Below are positions 26,511 through 38,932 of a stretch of 64,000 bases of DNA, piece after piece. A program made the position numbers and the translations under genes. The notes under the pieces are model-generated. The model had not been told where the DNA came from, did no database searches, and saw only the letters and a program-made list of their open reading frames with translations. This stretch comes from Octopus sinensis (taxonomy: Eukaryota): positions 26,040,001-26,104,000 of the forward strand of contig NC_042999.1 in assembly GCF_006345805.1 (NCBI RefSeq), written 5' to 3'. Each line of letters begins with the position of its first letter. The first letter of the stretch is position 1.

Positions 26511-26715
26511 ATATGTTTATGTGTCTGTGTTTGTTCCCCCAACATCGCTTGACAACCGATGCAGGTGTGTTTATGTCCCCGTAACTTAGCGGTTCGACAA
26601 AAGAGCCGACAGAATAAGTGCTAGGCCTACAAGATAAGTGCTAGGGTCGATTTGCTCGGCAAGAGACGGTGCTCCAGCATGGTCACAGTCAAATGACTGA
26701 AACAATTAAAATAAA
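26269..26715 (+). mobile_element. Full-length Meta-domain-like tRNA SINE with internal (TA)n(TG)n
   Basis: tggctgtgtggtaag A-box region, gggttcagtccc B-box region, aagccttgtgagt..gg.aactgaaaagaagcccgtc, 3' end ggtgctccagcatgg..gtcaaatgactgaaac. Confidence 0.88.
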
Positions 26716-27009
26716 AAAATAATAAAAAAATACATGAAATCATGATTGTAATAAATTGTTTATATAATTATTCGATATATATATATACAAAATATTCAAA
26801 CGAAAAGCAAAATATTTTTTGCGAATTTCTTCTGCTCTTGGGCATGGTAAAATGGCGGCACGCATGAAGCTTTAATGTCTCTAAGCAGGTCAATATGAAT
26901 ATATGCATAAATATGTGTTTCATGTTTGTGTTGTGATGCAATAAAATGTTTATCGATATAATGCCACTGTTCATGTATACACGCATTTCTACACATGCAC
27001 ACACACGCG

Positions 27010-27621
27010 CACACATACACACTCACATACAGTGACACACGCATGCACACATACACACTCACACACATTGACACACGCATGCATACATACACACTCACAC
27101 ACAGTGACACACGCATGCATACATACACACTCACACACAGTGACACACGCATGCATACATACACACTCACACACAGTGACACACGCATGCATACATACAC
27201 ACTCACACACATTGACACACGCATGCACACATACACACTCATACACATTGACACACGCATGCACACATACACACTCACACACAGTGACACACGCATGCAT
27301 ACATACACACTCACACACAGTGACACACGCATGCACACGTACACACTCACACACAGTGACACACGCATGCATACATACACACTCACACACAGTGACACAC
27401 GCATGCACACATACACACTCACACACATTGACACACGCATGCACACATACACACTCACACACAGTGACACACGCATGCACACATACACACTCACACACAT
27501 TGACACACGCATGCACACATACACGCTCACACACATTGACACACGCATGCATACATACACACTCACACACAGTGACACACGCATGCATACATACACACTC
27601 ACACACAGTGACACACGCATG
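27010..27621. repeat. 36-bp-unit minisatellite, 17 copies
   Basis: Unit cacacatacacactcacacacagtgacacacgcatg with variants; seen as 17 HTYTLTH(S/I)DTRM repeats in the ORF track. Confidence 0.92.
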
Positions 27622-28719
27622 TGCACATATGTATATACATATATATACATATATACACACAAACACTCACACACAAACACACGTCAGATTGTAAAATTCT
27701 ACGATGTCAATGTGGGTGATATTTCAGATTGTTTTATTCTCAAGGAAAAGGAATAACTTGACAACTGTGGTGCTGTATTTCAATTGAATTAAGCCAATCG
27801 TATTCATTATGTAAAATGTGATAATTTTGTAAATACGCTACTGGCCACAGTCATCTCCCGAATAGAAGGTTTGCTCTGCCTTCCAGAAATTCTGGGAAAA
27901 GGAAGTCGACAGTAATCCTGAATGTTACTTTATTTGCTATTATAGTACAATTAATTAACTTCAATAGTTGAAGTCCCGAAAAGACCGAATGAGCTCTGTA
28001 ATTCACGAATATACAACATAAACACCGTTCCTTCTCATGCTTCCAAACCAAAACAAAAAGACAGCCACTCAAGACATTAAGAACTATTCGATACCAATAG
28101 AGTATTCAACGCTTTTCGTGGGTGAAATGTGGCTTAAATGTAATAAATCAAAGTTTTTTGTATTGTATGGCAATTGACATACCTGTATTTGTCTGTGTTG
28201 ATCGAGTATATGAGGCTAGCTACACTGAGTTATTTTTCTTAAAATCATTTTGCTCAAACTAAGCAAATTACCCTGACCATAAACTAGCTCGACTCTTTTT
28301 GTACAAATCTGAGTTAGGATAGTCATCACGCTGGTAATTGCTATTGAGCCCGAAATATGTGTCTACATCTGCCCATTCATCTCTAGACTATAAACCTGCT
28401 TTTTGTCCCAATGGTATGACAATATCTTAGAATCTTTGATTTTTGAGATCATATCCCTTTCTCAAAAGGAACGGGTCTTAACTATGATACGTTCCCTGGA
28501 GGAGGGATGATGCCAATAAAGCAAGAATTGATGTATTATTTTTGATATATCCTTGTTTATCTAGTTATATACTCATGTTCATGCTATCGTTCACATGTCA
28601 ACAAGAATACAACGAACAGGTAGCATAGCTAAATGCTCATACAGTCACATATATTATCATTGAAATGTTAACTTCGGCGGACGCACTTACTAGACCAACA
28701 GAAGCCGCAAACCTCTTTC

Positions 28720-29990
28720 ACATTAAAATTTATGCATTGGAGTGCATCCAAGTGCATTTTTTCCGATATTTTGGATATCACCTGACAACTGCAGAGGTCC
28801 AGATGTTGTCTGTAAACCTTACGACATGCCTGGCCTATCGGAAATTGTGCTTCCGGTATTCCACAACCACATCGCTTACCGCACCCTGTTCTCAAATTAT
28901 CACGTTTCGAGCCTGCACTCGTTATGATGTTTCCATGGATCTTTCTTGGCATGGATCTTTCCATTGCGTCGTAGCTAATTAATATTCTAAGCTCTTCGAA
29001 AAAGCCTACACCTCACTTGTGTATAAGAGAGAAGGCAGGACGATGCTATTCAAGAGTCTGTCAAGTATCGTCTAACTTTATTTTGAGCAAATCCATTATT
29101 TAGTTAAACACCGTCCGTCCTGCCGTTAATCTCTTTCAAATTTCAGCTGCCATGTCTTGGCCTGTATTCACTGTGTGGCCGAAGTAAACGTAATCGTTCA
29201 GTTCTTCGATTTCATCTCTTCCTAACTCTATAGAGCTTTGTCGTTCGACCGCATGTATTTGGTTTACATGCGCTTCATTTATATATATGCTGCTAAACTA
29301 TGAGAAACCAGCTCTTTCAGCATGGTCAATAGCTTGGAATTTTAACAATGGGTGCAATGTCATCTGTGAATTAGAGGTGTGGAGGCACATGGCGTAGTGG
29401 TTAGAGCAGCGGACTCTCGGTTGAGGGATCACAGGTTCGAATCTCAGACCGGGCAATGTGTGTGTTTATGAGTGAAACACCTAAGCTCCACGCGGCTCAG
29501 GCAGAAGATAATAGCGAACTTCTGCTGACTCTTTCGCCACAACTTTCTCTCACTCTTTCCTCCTGCATCTTGCAGCTCATCTGCGACGGACCGGCGTTCC
29601 GTCCAGGTGGGGAACCTATACGCCAAGAAACCGGGAAACCGGCCCTTATGAGCCAGACATGGTTCGAGAAGGAACAAGCAAAAACAAAAATTAGAGGTAC
29701 GTAGTTGCTGGCTATTGATGTCCACGCCATCTCTCCAATCAATGTCGTTGATGCACACTCCTTTAAATGCTGTAGAAGAACTTTGGAGACCTGGTATCTC
29801 CTTGTTTGACATCCTTCTCAAATGGGACCCTTACTGGTAGGGATACCAGAGTTATATCTGCTATGCATATCAGTGTTCGTATCTTTCAGCAGTTTGATGC
29901 ACTGCACCCCCACGTCCTTCATTTCTATAGATGCCTACAATGCATTCATCAGGACGCTGGCGAAGGACATTTCGAAAAGCCAGCAAAGAA
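28720..29990 (-). pseudogene. Decayed RTE-clade LINE, RT and C-terminal region, split by a SINE
   Basis: Minus strand VPFEKDVKQGDTRSPKFF / IDWRDGVDINSQQL..FTDDIA / IEELNDYVYFGH..AEI*KRLTAG / LLNSIVLPSLLYTSE / MERSM / DVVVEYRKH..RHVVRFTDNIWTSAV. Confidence 0.8.
29379..29688 (+). mobile_element. tRNA-derived CORE-type SINE (OR-like, tail type 2) with 10-bp TSD
   Basis: A box tggcgtagtgg, B box ggttcgaatct; TSD aattagaggt at 29369-29378 and 29689-29698. Confidence 0.9.
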
Positions 29991-30194
29991 AATACACATT
30001 TGAAGCTTGCATTCGAATACACGCACAGATACGCGCGCGCAAACACGTGTGTTTAAAATTCTAAAGTAGCTACTATCAGTGACAGCTAGAATTATTACAG
30101 CAGTACGAGCTTTATTCGAAATGTTCATATTTTTAGCACTTGTTATAGATATGCTGCTGATTCAGTAATTGTATTACACGGTTGTATATATATG

Positions 30195-30410
30195 TTATAG
30201 TTAGTTAATCCAAACATGAAAACACAACAACGCGAGGACGTGGAACAAGTATAGTATTATTGGACAAACGAGAAAGAAGGGAAGAAGGAGGGTTTAAACT
30301 TTCGAGCGGAGCTCTTCGTCAGAAGCATAGGAAAAGGAAAGATCCAAAGAAGGGAAGACGGATAAAAAAAAAATCGCCAACGGTTCACACGCGGTCACAT
30401 TATATATATG
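30195..30410 (-). mobile_element. Penelope-type short terminal fragment (family P1) with hammerhead-like core
   Basis: Reverse complement of 50262-50435 and similar to 59715-59910; contains ctgacgaagagctccgctcgaaa on minus strand; abuts (TA)n. Confidence 0.65.
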
Positions 30411-30430
30411 TATATAAGTATGTATGTATT

Positions 30431-30461
<31 letters not shown>

Positions 30462-30479
30462 TATATAATATATATATAT

Positions 30480-30527
<48 letters not shown>

Positions 30528-30677
30528 TGTATGTATTTATGCATGCATGTATATGAATATATATGTATATATATATATATATATATGCTTATGAGTGTGT
30601 GTATGTGTGTGCACGCCACATGATTAAGCTTTATAACAACGGCTCTTATACTAATGATAAAGATGATGATGATGATA

Positions 30678-30709
<32 letters not shown>

Positions 30710-31537
30710 AATGATGATGAAAGGCTAACAAATAATATGTAAATTAAAAATGAAAATCCAGGCGACAACGTCTGATGGTGAAGTCTCAAATGTTCAACAA
30801 AATATGTCTCAACTGGTTTGCAATTATAGCCACACTAAATCAGGCAGAACGTTTGCATATATGCAGACAAATACAGCAAATTCTACACATATAAAACATG
30901 TATGATGTCACCGGCTAATGAAATGAGTAATTTATTAACATCTAATGATATAAAGAACATTTCTATCATTATCATGACATTTAACACTGGTTAGATTGAG
31001 AATTGTGAAAGTCGCTCATGTTTGATGCTTTTGGGTTTGTTTTTTTTTTGTTGCATTTATTTTAAATGACAATGGAAATTATGTTTTCAAACTTATGAAA
31101 AGTTATGTCAAGATCCATACATGGATCTGCATTTGATGAAGCCGAATCTATCTTTAGAAATGGTGATAATACCGGAAATATAGAACAAAAATCAATTTGA
31201 GTTCGTGAACAATCTTGATGTGATAGATCAAAATGGATTTCATTTTTTAAATCAGCACTCAGAAGATTTTTGTAGACATTACTTCAACACCAGACAATAA
31301 AAACCATGTTCTCTAGTGTAAGGTTTGAAATGTCTATGTAAGAGAAATGTTTAGCTATTATAACGTACACTTAACCGATTATAAATAAATAATTTTCACG
31401 TAGTGAAGCTGAATGTATAGACTAATTGCGTGTCATGATTAGTTACTTTCGATCAATAATCAAGTAAAATATAGTTTCTAATTAACATATGAGAATTTAA
31501 TCAATAAGCTACACACACACACACTGATATATATATA

Positions 31538-31584
<47 letters not shown>

Positions 31585-31749
31585 CACACAGGGGACACGC
31601 TCACATATACATATTCATTAAGTGCAAAGAATTTTGGAGGACATTTGTTTTCTGTATATTACTCTCATCAAATCATATTATTTCTTTTGTAGCTTCAAAC
31701 GCAGACACATTGCTAACACAAGAAATGTAAAAACATGCAGTCATTGTTG

Positions 31750-32600
31750 CTTTATTTTGGAACATGACGATTTAGAAATTGCTGTCATTCTAAGTTCTGC
31801 AAGATTTTTTGTACACAAAATTCAGGTGGAACTGAATGCCTCTAGCGAGATTATTTCAACTGTATCAAAAAGAATCATTCCAAATATTCGTACACTATAA
31901 TGACACCACAATTCATCCACCAGTTTCAAAACTATTGATGTCGATCCAGGGAAATCAACGACAGCATCGCCAAGAAATACTGGTGTCGTATATATTCTCA
32001 CCTGCAAAGACACCTGAACACAGTTTGTTCCGTACCAAATGGTTACTTAACGTTAAAAACCTCATGAACATAGCATTCGACACAGTCCAAATCTCTAATA
32101 GAAAATGACAAACGGCTATGTCCAGATCGTTCTCATGTTCTTAATGTAATGCACACTAAGTTTCGAGCAACGGAGGTGCTTTTAGGAGTGGTGAGTAGCA
32201 AACGTCATGTCCTGCTACCTCATATCTCTCGACATGAGCCTGCTGTTACGCTATGAATGCTTGCTGTACGCAGTGCAAATCATACATATGTCAATACAAC
32301 TCAGCACATACTTACTCAGTCAATGTAAGCCAAGTATGGATGTTAGAAAATACTTACTTTGCTTTAACACCAAAACTGTGTCTTTCAAACTCACATGATT
32401 ACAATCCCAAGAACTACTACGTTAAGAGCATTGTTGAAAGGGAAACTAGACAATATCCTCACACTACCATCGCTTCAGCGGAGGCTGCCTTTATCTAGGT
32501 GATGTCCAATATGAAGGAGGACCATTTAGTGTAGGTTTGGTGATAATTCCAGTATCACGTTATTGCAGTCATCGAAGATGAAGGCAGATTTATAGAGTAA
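31750..32600 (+). pseudogene. Decayed maT-like (DD37D) Tc1/mariner transposase
   Basis: LEHDDLEIAVILSSARFFVHKIQVELNAS; VLLGVVSSKRHVL; NYYVKSIVERETRQYPHTT..VMSNMKEDHL..VIAVIEDEGRFIE*; parallels 42965-44176. Confidence 0.75.
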
Positions 32601-33157
32601 ACTTATGTTATCGACAGCATCTGCACAAATTTTTATGAAAATACATTTGATTTTTGCTCGATTAGAGATGTTTTATTAAATTACAAAATATGACCTCAAA
32701 TAATCTTGGCATTATGTAGATATGCAGGTGTGTGTGTGTGGAGGGTATGCGTAGAGTGATTAGTGTAGGTGCAATAAGTCAAAGATATTTATAAGTAACT
32801 CGAATATCATAAGTATGATACAAATTGACACGAGCCGATTGCACATTGATGCATAGGAAACTCTACCAATCTACACACCTTATCTTCTTATGAATATAGA
32901 GAATGACTACTCGCAAATAGAGAGAGAACATGCCAAAACTGGAGATATAAAGGAGTCGCAAATTTACAGATTTATTTTCAAGGAGACCATAACGACGAAT
33001 AAATTCTTCCAATTCCTGTTGGCTACAAAACGATTAAACAATCGAAACATCTCACTCCTCTGTACCTGCGCGATCTTCCCTTCCTTTATTTGTATTTCAT
33101 TTAGTTTTAGTTTCTCCTCATTGATGAGGGCTTTTTTGTAAGTACTTTTGAGTTTAG

Positions 33158-33546
33158 CATATCTCACCGACTTTATTCAGATGTTTTGTAGAGTGTGTTT
33201 ATCAGCCTGAGATCCCCTTCGGTCACGACACAGACCATGGGATTGCACCTAGAAAGTTACCCTCCCAGGCACACAAGTCCAAGTAAGGTTGTTTATGGAA
33301 GACCAGCAGTCACCCATGCATAACGGCCTCCCCTCTCCACGCCACCAGTGTTATCCAAGAGAAAGGCAAAGGGACCGATACAGCTTGGCACCTGTGCCGT
33401 TGGAACTCATTTCTACACCTGAGTGAGCTGGAGCAACGTGAAATAAAGTTTCTTACTCAAGAACACAACACGCAGCCCGGTCCGAGATTCGAGCTCACAA
33501 CCTCAGGATCGTAAGCTCGACGCTCTAACCACTGAGCCATGCGTCT
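33158..33546 (-). mobile_element. Full-length tRNA SINE, fourth family (Deu/Ceph-like central domain)
   Basis: Minus strand gcatggctcagtggttagagcg..gagctcgaatctcggacc..ttcttgagtaagaaactttatttcacgttgctccagctcactcag; body matches 36939-37242. Confidence 0.82.
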
Positions 33547-34541
33547 TTATAAGTAATGTATATCAAAAGGACACAAGCACATCCACACACAGTCTTAGTC
33601 TTATATACATACACATATATATAAATACAGACCTTTAAATTGAAGAGGAAGGAAAATAATATTTCATATGTGGCATACAATGTAAACATGTACTTATTTC
33701 AACTAAAAGATGGTTAATTACTGTAACAACGTAGATAACGAAAGTCGAATAATTGTCTGAATTTCAGTTGAAGTTAATAAATTTATTTAACCCAAGATTA
33801 TGTATTGAGTTCAATTCATTATTTCTGTTATTTTACAATGTGTCTGGATTCTGTGTGCGCATATGTTTGTGCAATGTCGAACTATGTGTGAACGTAATTC
33901 ATAAAAAAAATAATTAAACGCTGTATTCTACTTAACATTATCGACTGATTGAGAGATCCTTGAAATAAGATTTGTCTGTTTTTATATACTACTAAACACA
34001 GCATACACACAGGCACACACTCACACAAAAACACACATTCACACACAGATATAGAAGCATCTATAAGAATATATCTATGCTGTGTGTGCTAGAAGACACG
34101 AACAAGCACACACACACACACACACACAAGCACATATATATTTTCTATATGCAGGAGAAAGTAAATCGCACGCAAAAATTTTATTTATTTCTTGTTCAGT
34201 GAAATGTACATAATTTGCAGGAAGTATATATAAATAGTGTATCAGCAAAGATTGCAGATTTGCAGAAAATATGTTGTATTTATTTGAAACCAAGAAAAAT
34301 AGACGAAACAAAAATTAAACTCAACATTAGTTTCAATCAAATGTTTCGTTTCTTTTTTCTGCATTCCATCTTCCTCCTGGTAGTGTATAAATATATCTAT
34401 GTATCTATGCACTGGAGTAGTTTGTTCTCGCCTTATATTTTATTTGTGAAATTCCCATATGTATCAAGTTCACGATCCATTATTTGGGAGGTATTAGAAT
34501 ATCTCCTGTACACATAGATAGATACACACACACATCGATAT

Positions 34542-34579
<38 letters not shown>

Positions 34580-34605
34580 TATATATACATGTATGTATGT
34601 ATGTC

Positions 34606-34678
<73 letters not shown>

Positions 34679-34680
34679 AT

Positions 34681-34737
<57 letters not shown>

Positions 34738-34829
34738 GTAAACATGTACATATGTGTAGTGCATGGGGTAGACAATATCACACACACATACACACACAGT
34801 ATCATGTTTACAGAATGTTCAGTCTTCCT

Positions 34830-35045
34830 TCTTCTTAGCTCTCCTGTGTGACCCTTCTGTCCAGCATTCACCTTGATATATCGCTAGCCCCTCCTTGTTT
34901 CCCTCCTTGTTTCTTTCTGTGTTCCTTTCTGTGGAAGAGCGTAGGCTCGAAACGCTAAAGACTTTTTCCAATTCCCGAACGTTATATTAACATCTGTTTG
35001 ATTTCTATACTAACTGTGTTCGTATTTTGTTTTATTGTGAATTTT
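34830..35045 (+). mobile_element. Penelope-type short fragment (family P2)
   Basis: ctttctgtggaagagcgtaggctcgaaacgctaaagac; homologous to 44330-44480 on the opposite strand; between (TA)n arrays. Confidence 0.55.
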
Positions 35046-35046
35046 T

Positions 35047-35121
<75 letters not shown>

Positions 35122-35329
35122 ATGCATACACACAAACACACACACGTGTGTTCATGTGTGTGTGTGTATTTGCTTATGGGTTTGCCTCTCAAAACTTCTT
35201 GACGGCAGGCGTTTGCGTGTTTACGTGTCCACAACATAGCGGTTGAGCAAAAAAAAAGTACCGATAGAAAAGTACGTATCTATCTATATCCATACTTGTA
35301 TATATGTAAAAACAACAACTAAAACAAGA

Positions 35330-35385
<56 letters not shown>

Positions 35386-35392
35386 CACCACC

Positions 35393-35435
<43 letters not shown>

Positions 35436-35436
35436 G
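35330..35436. repeat. (ACT)n-(ACC)n-(ACT)n compound trinucleotide repeat
   Basis: Direct reading. Confidence 0.95.
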
Positions 35437-35922
35437 CCAACATCATTTTCAAAAATTCTTACTTCTATTTCCTGCAACTATAAACATTTAAGCTTATAAG
35501 AAAAAAAGCGGACTTTCCAACCTGTTCTGATGTAAAATTAATTTGATTCAATAAAATTTTCACTTTGCTTGTAGCATATATAAATCGGCTTAAATAATTG
35601 AAGCCGTTTGCTTATCGTACTACAAATGAAAATATTTTCTTCCTTTTATTCATATGTTCTCAATGCAAATTGTTCCTTTTTGTTAAAGATCCATAAAGAA
35701 ATTCGAATGATTGCTTTGGTACAATGGAAGAAAACTTGTAATATCTACAGTTTTAGTGGGACCGAGTCTCACGGACAGCATTCGACTCCTTCTGTCAGAA
35801 ACGTTTAACAACGTCGAAATCAAGTTCCAAACTAGGATTTTTTTAGTATATATAAAAATATTCATGTAGACAGAGACACACCCACACACACTTATCACAA
35901 TTTGTATGTGTGTCGGTGTGTA

Positions 35923-35972
<50 letters not shown>

Positions 35973-36452
35973 ACTACACTCATATATATATTAAATATAT
36001 ATATATACGTGGAGGCGTATTCAATTCTTATTGCCTATAAACTATAAGTGTGACTATAAATATATTGTATGTACAATTTATTTCTGATATTTTGATGAAA
36101 TATATAAATATACAAGAAAACACAAAGCAAAACAAGCTGTATTATGTTTGAGCAAATAATCCGAATGTATTCGCTTGCATTCAAAAGCCATGAAACTTTT
36201 TCTTTAGAATGCCAAATTTGGGTTTGGGTTTACTTGTCTGATAAAATCGATGTTGGTATTTTAAAGCTATCGATAAAGAACAGCGCTGTTGACTTTTAAA
36301 CCAACATAATGTTGATATTTAATGAGTATACATACAAACATACATACATACATACATACATACATACATACATACATACATACATACATACATGCATACA
36401 TGCATACATACATACATACATACATACATTTATACACAGATACATACATACA

Positions 36453-36485
<33 letters not shown>

Positions 36486-36518
36486 GTGTGTGTGTGTGTG
36501 TGTGTTTGTGTGTGTATA

Positions 36519-36840
36519 GCAGAAGCACAGTGTCCCAGTCGTTAGGGCAGCGGACCCGCGGTAATAGGATCGCGGTTTCGATTCCCAGACCGGGCGTGTG
36601 ATTATTTATAGAGCGAAAACACTTAAAACCCCACGAGTCTCCGGCAGGCGGTGTTGGCGAGCCCTGCTGTACTGTTTCTCTCACTCTTCTTGTTTCTGAT
36701 GTACCTAAATTTGAAAGCTGTGTCACGCTGAATCTCCCCGAGAACTAAATTAAGGGTACACGCACATGCCTGTGGAGTGTTCAGCCACTTGCATTTAATT
36801 TCACGAGGAGGCTGTTCCGTTGATCGGATCTACTGGAAAC
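36519..36840 (+). mobile_element. Diverged CORE-type SINE (OR-like, tail type 1)
   Basis: cagtcgttagggcagcggac..gtttcgattcccagaccggg..gtgtcacgctgaatctccccgagaact..gctgttccgttgatcggatc. Confidence 0.85.
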
Positions 36841-36938
36841 CTAATGTATGTATGTATGTATGTATGTATGTATGTATGTATGTATGTATGTATGTATGTA
36901 TGTATGTATGTATGTATGTATGTATGTATGTATGTATG

Positions 36939-37242
36939 CATATCTCACCGACTTTATTCAGAGGTTTTGTAGAGTGTGTTTATAAGCCTCAGACCCCGTT
37001 CGGTCACGACAAAGACCTTGGGATTGCACCTAGAAAGTTACCCTCCCAGGCACAAGTCCGGGTAAGGTTGTTTATGGGAGACCTGCAGTCACCCATGCAT
37101 ACCGGCCTCCCCTCTCCACGCCACCAGTGTTATCCAAGGGAACGGCAAAGGGGCCGATACAGCTTGGCACCTGTGACGTCAGAACTCATTTATACACCTG
37201 AGTGAACTGGAGCAACGTGAAATGAATTTTCTTGCTCAAGAA
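36939..37242 (-). mobile_element. 5'-truncated copy of the Deu/Ceph-like SINE, tail-to-tail with 36519-36840 across (TATG)n
   Basis: Colinear with 33158-33460 but lacks the tRNA head; TATG repeats on both sides. Confidence 0.82.
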
Positions 37243-37975
37243 TGTATGTATATACATGTGTGTGTATGTGCTTTTGTGAGTGTGTATACAAGCGAGCGCG
37301 TTTGTGTGTGTGTATGCGAGTGTGTTTGGGTGTGTCTACAAATCTGCTCTTACGTCTGTCGTTGCAGCGCTTTCTATGTCTGGGAAGAGCTACATATTTG
37401 AGTTGTATAACGAACATCTTTGTATACAGTAAGAAGAAAAAAACTGTTTGGATCTAGACGAACACAATAAATCTTCTTTTATTCTTTATTTTTAATTTTT
37501 GTTTTTTTTTCATTTATGCAATATAGTTTTCAATCTTAAAACTATGCTTTCATACATACTCGCACTCACACAATTACATACGATATATATATATATATAT
37601 ATATGGATGCTGCGTATACAGGCGTGTACGTATCTGGCTTGTTCATCGATTCTGCAGCTGGTATTCTTGGCGACATCTCCTGATACAAGAACCTGATTAT
37701 ATATATTGCATTTCATTTGCCTGTATTTTTGTATTTGTCAGGCTGCTCTTTGCATTCTGACACTGGATACATGTCATTATCTTCACTTATAAGGTATCAC
37801 GTATAACAAGAGTTCGCGAATATATTTGTACACATGTACGTCTGTGACATCGACATATTTATGTAGATGCGAGTATATGTACATACAAATGCAGAAAGAC
37901 ACACATGTATAAACATATTTACACATATGCCCATAGACACAAACACACACAGATATTCATGTATATATTATATAG

Positions 37976-38055
<80 letters not shown>

Positions 38056-38405
38056 CTATATATATATATGTGTGTGTATATGTATATATACAGATTTGGC
38101 TATATATTGACATACATGCTTCTATATATGTATATAAATTATATAAGTATTCATGGATACATATACGTATTATCTACTATATATCTCTCTATATATATAT
38201 GCATATGTACATATATATGAGTGTGTGTGTATGTGTATATGTGTATATACAAATGTGGATATAGATATATATATATATGTCTATAATATATATATATAAT
38301 ATATATATATATATAAACATACCTATATATATGTATGTATATAAAATATATATATAATCATTCATAGATACATATACATATCACTTATACACACACACCA
38401 CACAC

Positions 38406-38438
<33 letters not shown>

Positions 38439-38874
38439 GCTTATACATATACATGTTTGTATTTGTAAGTTGTAAATACTAGTGGCATTACTCAAATTTA
38501 AAAGAGTTTTGTGTTAGAATCATTTAAAATATATATTTAAACATGTTGTTCAGTTTATTTATAGATTTTTCATGGAAATCAATAGATTAACGTTCATCTC
38601 AGGTGATTATCGTAATATGAATTTGAAACCTCGATGATATTATCGGTTGTGAATTGAAACTGATATATGAGTGTGTGTATTCGCATAAAATATTAAACTC
38701 CTAACATATACACACATTAAATGCAAACACAATCTTTTATATGCACCTTTACGCAAATAAAATGATTAATTGAAAATTCATCTATCATATGCATATAATA
38801 TATATCTATATATATATATACAAACAGATGTATAAATACATATGTTCATACATAATTACATAATTATACAATAC

Positions 38875-38932
<58 letters not shown>

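Noticed and set aside
27010-27621. CRISPR-like array or His-rich repeat protein
   Set aside because: Units are contiguous with no unique spacers, context is eukaryotic, and ORFs on both strands follow from CA-rich composition
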